A DNA stretch of 32,000 nt from Candidatus Heimdallarchaeota archaeon B3_Heim (GTDB taxonomy: Archaea; Asgardarchaeota; Heimdallarchaeia; Hodarchaeales; Hodarchaeaceae), in assembly GCA_003144275.1 (NCBI GenBank), contig NJBF01000018.1:30001-62000 (forward strand), written 5' to 3'. A program made the translations under genes and the position numbers. The first letter of the stretch is position 1, and every line of letters starts with the position of its first letter. Of the stretch, positions 18,679-28,354 are shown piece after piece. The notes under the pieces are model-generated. The model saw only the letters and a program-made list of their open reading frames with translations, had not been told where the DNA came from and did no database searches.

Positions 18679-20238
18679 TCAAAATTTTCTTACTCTTAAG
18701 CGAAATGAAACTAGAATGATCAAAAGGAGGAATATACTCGGAAAAAATATAACTGAAGTGCTAGCTGTAGTATTGGTCTCTGATATGTGGATTGTATCTC
18801 CCCATTGTAAGATTTTATTTTTAAATTCAGAAGCATCAACCGCAATAATGTAGTAATCAATCATAGTTTTTTTCGAGATAGGCCCAAAGCTGGCATGGTA
18901 AGTACCATCAATTGAAGCTGTCATCGCTATAGAAAAATATTGATCATCTACGCTATGTTCTCCCCGAACGATGTAATATAATATTACATTACTTATCCCC
19001 GAATCGTCTGAAATATTTAAATTAATCGTGATTTGATCAGTTAAAGAGGGAGTTTCGGGATAATGTGCTAAAGAATTTACAATTGGTATACGTAAATCAT
19101 AACCTGGTGGAATTTCGGTTCCTGGGGTCGCACTTTGGGCTAATGGATAGGGATCATTTGCATTACTAGATCCTGTAATGGAATAGAAGCCTGTCCCACT
19201 ATAATCTGACCAATAATTCCACCCCCAAGTATTTTGGCCCTCATCATAAGCTTGAGGCACTTGGTTGTTGTCAATGAAATTGTTATGATGAAAAATATTG
19301 CTAGCAGAGACACCTTTGACATATATTCCCCTGTGACTATTGTTTACCAATCGATTCCATTTAAAAACATTCTCTGAAGAATGCAAGATGAAAATACCGT
19401 CATAACCATTTAGACTAAATAAATTATTACTAATGTTCCCCCCGCGTGAATGACTGTACTTTAAGGCAAATTCGGAGTTATAAATACAGGTGTTATTTTC
19501 AATAATACAATATGAAGACCCCCAGAAACGAATACCAGCGACCTCATTATGGGTGCAGAGATTATCCCAAACAGAACCATAATATGAACCACCGAAGTGA
19601 ATGCCATATAAACTGTTGGCATTACAAGAATTATTCTCTACAATTGCAAATTTAGAACTCAATAGCTCGATTCCAATATAGCTGCTCTCGCATACATTAT
19701 TTAGTATAGTGCAAGAATCAGAATTCACAACATGGATACCTTGACTGTTTGAGTTACAAATATTATTTACTATCAAAGAGGAACCGGAATTATTGATTAA
19801 AATACCATACTTGCTATTTATGCAGGTATTGTTGACAACGCTAGCTGTTCCAGGCTTAACACCTAATATAATAATGCCATGATATTCATCTCTAATAGTT
19901 TCGATCTGACAATCTCGAATAACAAAATATTTTGTAGTATTATGAATAAAAATCCCTGCACTTTCATTTGCGATGATGGTTAATCCTTCTATAATCCAAG
20001 GATCCTCTTTAGTACCTAAACCCTCAATAACGACAGCTGCTAACTCATCATCTGAAGAAACATTAATAGATCCTTGAGAATTTTGATTAGATAGACGAAA
20101 ATCACCGCTAGAATCAAATCTATATGTGCTAGAAGATAGTGGCCTGGTATATTCACTGGAATTAGTACAAATATTAATAATACTGAATAAAAGAATCAAA
20201 CTAAGAAATTGAACTTCCAAGAAATTCTTATTGATCAT
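18679..20238 (-). CDS. NosD/CASH-type right-handed parallel beta-helix surface protein with C-terminal anchor
   Basis: DPWIIEGLTI..GIFIHNTTKYFVIRDC; many GI.(L/I)..S....I.NN.C..N repeats; NIFHHNNF, GNW/NYWSDYSG..DPYPL; Ig-like segment; TM and RLRVRKF. Confidence 0.85.
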   Translation of the reverse strand: MINKNFLEVQFLSLILLFSIINICTNSSEYTRPLSSSTYRFDSSGDFRLSNQNSQGSINVSSDDELAAVVIEGLGTKEDPWIIEGLTIIANESAGIFIHNTTKYFVIRDCQIETIRDEYHGIIILGVKPGTASVVNNTCINSKYGILINNSGSSLIVNNICNSNSQGIHVVNSDSCTILNNVCESSYIGIELLSSKFAIVENNSCNANSLYGIHFGGSYYGSVWDNLCTHNEVAGIRFWGSSYCIIENNTCIYNSEFALKYSHSRGGNISNNLFSLNGYDGIFILHSSENVFKWNRLVNNSHRGIYVKGVSASNIFHHNNFIDNNQVPQAYDEGQNTWGWNYWSDYSGTGFYSITGSSNANDPYPLAQSATPGTEIPPGYDLRIPIVNSLAHYPETPSLTDQITINLNISDDSGISNVILYYIVRGEHSVDDQYFSIAMTASIDGTYHASFGPISKKTMIDYYIIAVDASEFKNKILQWGDTIHISETNTTASTSVIFFPSIFLLLIILVSFRLRVRKF

Positions 20239-20319
20239 TTTTTTTAGTACCCTTACTCATTTGATACCAGAAGTCAGAATTAGAACTAACTATCAATATC
20301 TTTGTTTTATATCTATTGA

Positions 20320-20577
20320 TCAAACCATAACGCTTTGTTTTCCAGCATCATCGTAGAGCTGGAAAAAATAATCAATTGCAGGGCGGATTAAATGTTGGTC
20401 TTCAGTAATAATACCTGCTTCATGTAAAACAGTCATAGATCGTTCTACTAAATTTGCTGAGCCTAAATACATCTTTATTTCATCAGATATAATCATTTTC
20501 GTATGTAAATTTGGGTTTAAAGAAAATTTTTTTTCTTTTTCACTGGTTAGGTAAGTAGTCGTTTTTTCATCTCTTCC
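20320..20577 (-). pseudogene. Phospholipase-D/nuclease (HKD) domain remnant lacking a start upstream of the catalytic His
   Basis: Manual translation ...LNPNLHTKMIISDEIKMYLGSANLVERSMTVLHEAGIITEDQHLIRPAIDYFFQLYDDAGKQSVMV*, an exact HxK(x4)D(x6)GSxN match. The frame is open 20577-20320, but the first ATG (20496) lies after H and K. Confidence 0.7.
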
Positions 20578-21199
20578 TCATTTTTCTTCTTTGAATGAGA
20601 AGTAGAAGGATGACGGTTGCTCCAAAATAGAAGGGGAAACTGGGTGCAGAACCGGCCGTAGTAAAAGGGTAGGTTAACAACCACGCGGTAATATTTGAAA
20701 CATAAAGTTCTCCTATTCCTATGTTCACAGGATACCCTGGGAAAGTTTGCTCAATACAGTACTCCCCATTCGCACTTCCATTCACTTCGACTAAGGAATA
20801 CTGGAAATCAAAGCCTGGTGCTTCATCTGAAACAATATGTGCTATAAATTGTCCCCTGTGGGTTTTGCCAGGTAGAATTGTGAATGTTTCGATTCCTTCG
20901 AAAGCGATATAATGTTGGGGGATACTTCCTGAGATGGTTAGATTAAATCTTACAGCTGAACTTGAACTTCCCGCAAGAGTAATGGTTAAATTCCAAGTAA
21001 CACCAATCGCACTTGTATAGATCCATTTTTGAAATAATTTTGCAGATTCCGAAGTGTTAGTCAAACCAAAGAACCCAGTTATAATCGTGTTCTCAGGAAG
21101 ACTTGTAGCTTTGCTTCCTAACTCTACATTCAGGAGCGAACTAGTTAAGCAAGCAAGGAGGATGTAGAAGCAGACAATTATATTTTTAAACTTCCTCAT
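20567..21199 (-). CDS. Small surface protein with C-terminal sorting-signal-like anchor
   Basis: Signal peptide (MRKFKNIIVCFYILLACL), beta-rich body, and TTAGSAPSF followed by TM and RRKMRKR. Confidence 0.75.
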   Translation of the reverse strand: MRKFKNIIVCFYILLACLTSSLLNVELGSKATSLPENTIITGFFGLTNTSESAKLFQKWIYTSAIGVTWNLTITLAGSSSSAVRFNLTISGSIPQHYIAFEGIETFTILPGKTHRGQFIAHIVSDEAPGFDFQYSLVEVNGSANGEYCIEQTFPGYPVNIGIGELYVSNITAWLLTYPFTTAGSAPSFPFYFGATVILLLLIQRRKMRKR

Positions 21200-21244
21200 A
21201 ATTCCTTATACCTTCAATTTTATATTAAATAGATATTAGCATTT

Positions 21245-22528
21245 TTAAGACTTTCTTAGAAATTTACCTGTTTTCTCTCTAATTTTATACAGAATTCCTG
21301 AAGTGATGATTTCCTGGAACTTCTTCATGACAATTTGCGATTTAATTAAAGCATAAACCCTTGGATGTGTTTTTGAAATCCACATCAAATCCTGGTGTTC
21401 ATTTACTCTTATCTGCTTTTCCCAATCTGAAGCTTCTAGTGGAAGAAAGAGATTAGAGATTAATTTTTCATACCGAGTATGATCGACATCCAATAATAGT
21501 TTCATAAAGTAGAGTTTTTGTGCCAATGGGAGTTTATCAACCCCTTCAAGAAGTAATGCATCATCTAATTTTATCAATAAGGCTATTAAAAAATCAAAGT
21601 TCAGCCATTCTTCAAGCATAGGAAGAAATTGGTTTGTATTGAATTCAGAGAAAATTTCCTTTGGCAACACTTCATTTTTCCATAATAGATCGAATATGCT
21701 CCCTAGTTCGTTTGGAGAAGGTTGTTTGACCAAAAATTTTCGGATGGATTGTATTAGAAGCTCATTTGCTACTTTAGGAAGTTTGTTCTGGTATTCGATA
21801 TAGAACCATGCCAAAAAACTCAAATCTTCTTTTTTAATCAGTGGTAGTATTAAACTAGGTTTAATGGAGTCTTTTACAGTATCTAGTAAGGTTTCATCAG
21901 CTGCATCTATTCCATAAACCCAAAATCGAATATCTTCAAAACTAGTAGAACGCTCTATCACTTTAATAATATTAGTAATCCCCATAGTGTTCAAAGTTTC
22001 CAGTGCAATAGAATTTAAAATCTTAGTTAATCCAACAAGAGCAGTTCCAAAACTTAGAGGGGGAATTTCATCTGTTAATGCTCTTGTAAGAATCTCTGGT
22101 GAGATTCTAGAAATTGTTTGCTTGATAATACTTTCTTCTCTCCATTCACCCCATCTTAGTCTACTGAGAAATTCGATTAAGTTTTCTGATTCCATCTTTT
22201 CTAAATAGAGCATAATGGATTTACAAACCACTTTCTGCATATCACTTGATAATTCAAGTTTTTTGATCTTTTCATCAATCAGGTACACGTCAATGATCGT
22301 TTTACTATTGGTAATGGATTTTATTAAGAGACTAACTACATTAAACTCCCTAAGAAAGTCTTTATTCTCGTTTAAGATTTCTTTTAATCGTACTAATGAT
22401 GAAAGAAGTCTTTCGAGAGATTTCTCTGAAATCTTGTCTAAGAATGGAAAAACCAATTCTTTAAATGTGGATTCATCTATAACTAATAGTTCTTCAAGAA
22501 AGGAGAGATATCTATTCTCCCAAAACAT
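21245..22528 (-). CDS. Hypothetical all-alpha (solenoid-like) protein, 427 aa
   Basis: Leu/Ile/Glu-rich amphipathic helices with loose ~37-39-aa periodicity in the middle; no catalytic motif seen. Confidence 0.7.
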   Translation of the reverse strand: MFWENRYLSFLEELLVIDESTFKELVFPFLDKISEKSLERLLSSLVRLKEILNENKDFLREFNVVSLLIKSITNSKTIIDVYLIDEKIKKLELSSDMQKVVCKSIMLYLEKMESENLIEFLSRLRWGEWREESIIKQTISRISPEILTRALTDEIPPLSFGTALVGLTKILNSIALETLNTMGITNIIKVIERSTSFEDIRFWVYGIDAADETLLDTVKDSIKPSLILPLIKKEDLSFLAWFYIEYQNKLPKVANELLIQSIRKFLVKQPSPNELGSIFDLLWKNEVLPKEIFSEFNTNQFLPMLEEWLNFDFLIALLIKLDDALLLEGVDKLPLAQKLYFMKLLLDVDHTRYEKLISNLFLPLEASDWEKQIRVNEHQDLMWISKTHPRVYALIKSQIVMKKFQEIITSGILYKIREKTGKFLRKS

Positions 22529-22576
22529 CGACTGATTGGTAAGAACCTCTAAATCATACCAAGAATGGGGAATCGA

Positions 22577-22897
22577 ATGAAAAAAATCCTTACTTGAGAT
22601 GAAGTAAATTGTTTAATGCAGATTTTTTTAATCTTGAAGAAAATAAAAAATATGGTAAATATCTTGAATCATTGGAAGAAGACCAAATATTAGAATTACT
22701 TACTTCTAAACATAGTAAAAGCTATACAAAGAATCTTACTCAAGCTGATATGCTAAAAAAGTTGTTGATATTCAATAAATTCAATTATTGGTTTCATTAT
22801 TATTCTTGATGTATCATCACAAGAAAACAAAGTTGAACCTCTTGATTTTGAGGATGTTCTTTTTTATTTTGAACAAAATAAGAATTCCCTAGGTTGA
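22577..22897 (+). pseudogene. Possible decayed small gene (stop plus two frame changes)
   Basis: MKKILT*DEVNCL in one frame, FNADFF...DMLKKLL (22609-) in another, then YSINSIIG...EQNKNSLG* (22769-22897) back in the first frame. Confidence 0.3.
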
Positions 22898-23080
22898 TAG
22901 GGATATACTACATAAGAGGAGGAGATAAAACGGCAGCAAGTCGTTTATGATGATTTGTTATAGTAAAGTGAACCATGATAATCTGTCGATGGAATAGGTT
23001 CCAAAAGAATGGTTCTTAAAATTCTTCTAATTACTCTTTCAGAATTAATTGAACTAATTTTAGAAATTACTTACTGATGA

Positions 23081-26000
23081 TCATGGTATATTAAAATTGA
23101 GAGTCTTACGTTTTAGAGTAGAAAATGACATAAAAGGAAATGAGAATTCTCTTAAAAAACCAGAAAGGATTTCCTCAGATATAACGATAACAGATCTTAG
23201 TATTGGTTCATCAGATAAGTTAAATCGACTAGAAATGGTATCGAAATTTTCTTCTAACCAATCCATCCTTTTAGAATGTTTCTGGATCCATGAATCACCC
23301 TCTTCATCTGTTCCAATAAATCTATCAATTTCATTTGAGATTTCTCTAGGACTACGTCCCATATTGATATTTTTACACTCAATAACATAGATTACGTTTG
23401 TATCATGATCAATGCTTAATATATCGATGTCCCCCAAATCTTCATCACAGTGAAATAACTCTGATGGAGCAATAGGAATATTTTTTAAATTTCGATTTAG
23501 AGAATAATTATTCTCAATCCATTCAAATACAACATTTTCAAAGTACTTTCCTTTAATATTTCTAATTTTCGCAATAAAACTCTCCATCTCAGCAGAACTA
23601 TCAGTAGTTTTATAACGAGCCATAATGATTAAACTATTCAATTGTTCTAAACTTGAAAAAGAATTTCTAGCACCCCACATCAGATGTAATTCTTCATCGA
23701 TTTGATATTGAATAATAGGTCTCCTAATGTAGGATAATCTTCTATTATAGATCCAAGGCCAAATATCATAAGTATCAAATCCATCAGGGGGAATTTCATA
23801 TTTCTCACGAAGGGAAAGACTGAATAAATTAATTAGTTTAATTGTTTGTTCAGAGTTTAATTCAAGAGATTCACTGAAATCAATGATAAATTCGGTCTTA
23901 GGTATGGATATTACTGAATTCTCTTTTTCTATTGCTTTTGAATATAATAACATTATAAAATTACTGATGATCTCTCTATTTACACCAAATTCCGAAACAA
24001 TTGCTGATTCGTAGTCAACTTCGAAACCATTATAATTATTAAGAAGATCGGAATAACTAAATGATGTAGGTGTCTGATCAAACGATTTGTAAACATCTTC
24101 GGTGAACTTTGCAGTTAAAAATTGATTAAATTTACTCATTCCTCCTTTCAATGTCCCTATTCTACCTGAAGGGAGTATTGATATTGTTTCATCAAAAACT
24201 GCTAAGTGATTATAATCACTAATCAACCCCCAATTCACGATATGGTGACAGATTGCTAGTAGTTCAAGATATTCTACAATCGAAATCTCTTCTTCTCCAT
24301 TTATTGACATAGCACTAATAATTTCTATTAAGATTCGTATAGAAACTGATGTATTATTCTGAATTGAATTATTAGATAATAATTCATTTACCATACTCTC
24401 AATCCCAAAAAAACACTCTACTTGTGAGGCGAGAGTTCGTGAATTCAGAGTCATGTTCCAGATATTAACCTCATATTGGGATATGAGAAATTCTAATAGA
24501 TATTCCTTATCGAATCTTTGTAATTTATTCTGTAGTAATTTATAATAAAAATCAACAATTTCATTTAAGATTTCTCCCTTTTCCTCTTTCGATTCGATCT
24601 CTATAATCGAATCAGTCTTCCTATCGATTTTTTCAGCAAGATTCTGAAGATAATATTCAATATCCCCACGTTTTATTCTATAAAAAGTTACCAATGATTC
24701 ATTCTGGATCTTAAAATCAGAGGGTTGAAAAAAATGTATCTTTTTCTTGAATCCGAGAGGAATAATTCTTTCAAAATCCTTTTCGTAATCTAAGGTTGAA
24801 TCAAAGAATTTAGTAATTCCTCTTAACAAATCAGACATAATTTTCCTTTCTGCAATGTTATTAGTTTCCATAAACAGCTTTTTAAAATAAAATGGAATAG
24901 AAACTACAATCCGAAGGAATATCTTTTCTTTATAGATGTTTACACTAAGATCTTTAGGATGATCTGATCCTTCATTGGGCACTAACCATTTCTTTGGATT
25001 CTCAAAATTAAATGTTAGAAGAACCTGTGAAAAATCTTTTTGGATAATTAACCGTCCTAAAACATCACTAAATTGCCAGACCCAATATGCGAACATTTCA
25101 GAAAATTCAATAAATAACCACATTACATCATTGATGATTTCATCTGAAGTCTCGTAAGTATCAACCCAAAAAGGATAATCAAATGCTTCAATAGAACTCA
25201 GGAATCTCATAATTACTCGATCGTCAGGATTTTTAACAAAAATTGGTATTCTACCCTCTTCATCTGTTTCTTTCCGTATAACTGGTATTGTTCCTTCACT
25301 TAAATCTACCAAATGTATATCATTAAGGCGTTTTGTTAATACTCTCAATTCATTCCCCTCATTTATAGGGAAAATCACCTCACCTTTGATTTTGGAGTCT
25401 GAAAAGTATAGTGAGAAGTCATTTCCATAATAAAAACCAAATTCATCTAGAAAAGAAGTAGATAACAATTTTATTTCTTGAGATAATTCAAACCTCCAAG
25501 GTAAGTACCTAATTATATCAAATATATCGAATTTTCTTGCCTTTGCCAGTACAGAAAACTCTTCGAAAGGAATTAACCAATATAGATTCTCCATATCCTT
25601 TGTTTCGACTCCTGCTATCATATTTCTTCCCATTGGCGATATCAAATGGCAAATCACTATTTCAGTCTTGTATTGCTTCTCTAGGAGTCGTATGACATCT
25701 CTAATTCTTTTACCTATTTTTGAATTCAATTCAGGATAAGAATCTCCCTTAATAAAGGGGTTATCATGATTAAAATTTTTAAAATCGTCAAAAACCATAA
25801 TTGAATATATCATTTTATTGTTAGTATCGAATTCATATAAATCTTCGATAATAGGAAGTTTTAATGTCAATTTTGGCAGATCTTGAAGTGGCTTCTTTCT
25901 TACTTTTAGAAATAGAAAGTAATATTCTAGTAAATTTCGACAATGTTCTCTATAATTGTAATAGAGTATTTGTCTAAATGTTACCTTTAATTTCTTCTTT

Positions 26001-26800
26001 TTACTTAAGATTTTAATTTTATTCATTTTTGACAATATTTGATATCTAATAGCATCCAGAGTTGATGTCGGAAGAACAAAGATGTATTTACTATCAGTAG
26101 CTATAAACGGTTTGAATAATATTGGATGACTATAGTCAGAAACAGATCGTTTTAATCTTAAATCCTCATTTTGAGTAACGTACCTGTTTATATCGTTAGA
26201 CTTACTATTTACTGTGCCACAAATTTTATTTAATTCGTTACTATCAATAATAAGACATTTCCTGTTCTCCTCAAACCTCTCCCAATCTGGGAAGTAGATA
26301 TTTTCAATATCAATAGTTCGACTTTCAGTTAGTCTATTTATGTTTACTCGTTTCAAGACAGTATCTGATATTGTCAAAATTAGTTTCAAGTTCTCAAATA
26401 GTTTAACAGCAAATTTTCTAATAAGTTGATTATCTGTAAGGAAAATTAATGACATTAAGCTCTGTACATAGAAGCTACCACCCTGTGTGACCCCTGTCAA
26501 TACTAAATATTCGTCATTCCTTAAACGCACATTTTCTACAAAACATGTATTGACAGGATCTTCCAATTGTTTGTGACCGAGTCTTTTAGCCCATAATGAA
26601 TTAACCCATTCCTTAAAATTATCATAGTCAAATTCTACTTCCCCATCAAAATCAAGTGTCAGAAGTATTTTCAATAAATTTTCAATATAAATAGTGTGTC
26701 GATGATTCTCTGGATATAATAATAGACTAGACAATCCCGAGATAATAATCTCTTTATCTAGTTTTTTAATTTCCTTATAAAATTCTGAATCAGGTGTCAT
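23081..26800 (-). CDS. 1239-aa protein with C-terminal PD-(D/E)XK restriction-endonuclease-like domain
   Basis: KGKYFENVV...GDIDILSIDHDTNVIYVIECK...KHSKRMDWL gives the G..FE / D-x13-E-x-K arrangement. GGGAG RBS upstream. Confidence 0.8.
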   Translation of the reverse strand: MTPDSEFYKEIKKLDKEIIISGLSSLLLYPENHRHTIYIENLLKILLTLDFDGEVEFDYDNFKEWVNSLWAKRLGHKQLEDPVNTCFVENVRLRNDEYLVLTGVTQGGSFYVQSLMSLIFLTDNQLIRKFAVKLFENLKLILTISDTVLKRVNINRLTESRTIDIENIYFPDWERFEENRKCLIIDSNELNKICGTVNSKSNDINRYVTQNEDLRLKRSVSDYSHPILFKPFIATDSKYIFVLPTSTLDAIRYQILSKMNKIKILSKKKKLKVTFRQILYYNYREHCRNLLEYYFLFLKVRKKPLQDLPKLTLKLPIIEDLYEFDTNNKMIYSIMVFDDFKNFNHDNPFIKGDSYPELNSKIGKRIRDVIRLLEKQYKTEIVICHLISPMGRNMIAGVETKDMENLYWLIPFEEFSVLAKARKFDIFDIIRYLPWRFELSQEIKLLSTSFLDEFGFYYGNDFSLYFSDSKIKGEVIFPINEGNELRVLTKRLNDIHLVDLSEGTIPVIRKETDEEGRIPIFVKNPDDRVIMRFLSSIEAFDYPFWVDTYETSDEIINDVMWLFIEFSEMFAYWVWQFSDVLGRLIIQKDFSQVLLTFNFENPKKWLVPNEGSDHPKDLSVNIYKEKIFLRIVVSIPFYFKKLFMETNNIAERKIMSDLLRGITKFFDSTLDYEKDFERIIPLGFKKKIHFFQPSDFKIQNESLVTFYRIKRGDIEYYLQNLAEKIDRKTDSIIEIESKEEKGEILNEIVDFYYKLLQNKLQRFDKEYLLEFLISQYEVNIWNMTLNSRTLASQVECFFGIESMVNELLSNNSIQNNTSVSIRILIEIISAMSINGEEEISIVEYLELLAICHHIVNWGLISDYNHLAVFDETISILPSGRIGTLKGGMSKFNQFLTAKFTEDVYKSFDQTPTSFSYSDLLNNYNGFEVDYESAIVSEFGVNREIISNFIMLLYSKAIEKENSVISIPKTEFIIDFSESLELNSEQTIKLINLFSLSLREKYEIPPDGFDTYDIWPWIYNRRLSYIRRPIIQYQIDEELHLMWGARNSFSSLEQLNSLIIMARYKTTDSSAEMESFIAKIRNIKGKYFENVVFEWIENNYSLNRNLKNIPIAPSELFHCDEDLGDIDILSIDHDTNVIYVIECKNINMGRSPREISNEIDRFIGTDEEGDSWIQKHSKRMDWLEENFDTISSRFNLSDEPILRSVIVISEEILSGFLREFSFPFMSFSTLKRKTLNFNIP

Positions 26801-27077
26801 AAACTAACTCCCTATACTAGAAGAATAATTTTTTCGTATTTAAGAAAATTTAACTACAACTTTAGTCTTATACTTGCTTTGTTGCTAGATATCCTTCAAT
26901 TATTTCAGTTTTTATGTTCATAAGTCTCTTGATAATATTGGTTATTGTTTTATCAGTCTCTCAGAGAAGTAAATTTAGCTTGTAGGATTTTACTGGGATA
27001 TACCCACATACATCTAATACTGATATTTGTGAGAATGGCTGTTATCAGAATGGAAAAGTAGAAGTACATATAAGCAC

Positions 27078-28286
27078 CTAAGAATGTGCTCTCGTGATGG
27101 ACCCGACTTTTATTGATTTTTCACAACCAGGACACCGAACCGTTTCATCGTCGGATAATAAACTTAAATATGATTTACAGACAGGACAGAAACCAATCTT
27201 TTCCTTTAGTTCGGGAGCTATTTCAAAAAGATCATTCTGAAGATCTTTTTCAAAGAAATTAATATTCGCAATAATAGTTTTTATTAAACGCTCTGCATTG
27301 CTTTGAACCCATTCTTTTGATACGTCAGAGAGTATTGTTTTAATCTCCTGATCAAATTCAACCTTAAGATCCCAGGTTAAATAACTGAAAGCCTCGGTCT
27401 GAATATAAGGATCGGGATTAGATAAGCAGCTTATGAAAGCCTCTTTTGTGTCTTTATCTCTTCTTAATTCATCGTAGAAAAGTCTCATCCTCTGAAATAC
27501 TGTTTGACGAAGTAACCCATCAGGATGGTGTATTTGATTTAGAAGATAAAAATGGTCTTGTTTCCTTTTGAGCAAAAGTTTTTCGGGGTAACTCTCAAAA
27601 AGAAGGTGTATTTTATCCTCAGGATTGTTAAAATGCCAGTATACTCTCGAATCATCATTATGGGAATCCTCTTCGAATGCATTATGTAAAACAAATTCTC
27701 GCAAGTTTTCGTCCTCCCAGTACTCCTCGGGCCAATAAGAAATCAACTTCCAAATTGTGATAATATCTATTGAATCCTTCGAGGTAATGAGATTTCGAAT
27801 ATCCGTTTGAGTTTCTGTTTTTAGCCAGTATTCCTTCGTCCATGTTTTAAATAAGAGTTCTAATTTCTCGTACAACGCTTCTAGATGGTCAAAAGAGTCG
27901 TAATAGTCGTAATATGCTCCATTAATCATCCGGGATAGAGAAAATAAGCTTTTTCTATAGTCCTTCACCTCTTTTACATCTGGGGGAAGTTGGTGTAGAA
28001 TAGCTAATGAACAAAAAAGTTTTGTTTCAAAAACGGAAATTATTTCCTTCTCAATTTCTTCAGGATTGGGGTATTTTTCTGAAGCGCTGAAAAAAAAATC
28101 GATCACAATTTGGAAAATTTCGTTATTGGAATACTTTTGGTTTAACTCATGTAAGGACACACAGGTGCTATTTACGTCTATCAGCTCTTCTATTTTTAGA
28201 ATAACGGCTTTTTCTGTAGAAGGCTGTTTTTTTAGAACTTTACTCGTCGTCTCTTTATATTCTTCATCTTTTTTGATTGTCTTCAC
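27078..28286 (-). CDS. Hypothetical helical-repeat (HEAT-like) protein with C-terminal Zn ribbon
   Basis: HEAT-like segments (HHPDGLLRQTVFQRM; LSNPDPYIQTEAFSYL) and C-terminal CPVC-x13-CPGC. Confidence 0.7.
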   Translation of the reverse strand: MKTIKKDEEYKETTSKVLKKQPSTEKAVILKIEELIDVNSTCVSLHELNQKYSNNEIFQIVIDFFFSASEKYPNPEEIEKEIISVFETKLFCSLAILHQLPPDVKEVKDYRKSLFSLSRMINGAYYDYYDSFDHLEALYEKLELLFKTWTKEYWLKTETQTDIRNLITSKDSIDIITIWKLISYWPEEYWEDENLREFVLHNAFEEDSHNDDSRVYWHFNNPEDKIHLLFESYPEKLLLKRKQDHFYLLNQIHHPDGLLRQTVFQRMRLFYDELRRDKDTKEAFISCLSNPDPYIQTEAFSYLTWDLKVEFDQEIKTILSDVSKEWVQSNAERLIKTIIANINFFEKDLQNDLFEIAPELKEKIGFCPVCKSYLSLLSDDETVRCPGCEKSIKVGSITRAHS

Positions 28287-28354
28287 CCTCAGATCGGAAT
28301 TAATGTTGGAGAATCGAATGTCATCTATCTGGATGTTCTAGTAAGCTTAGTGGC

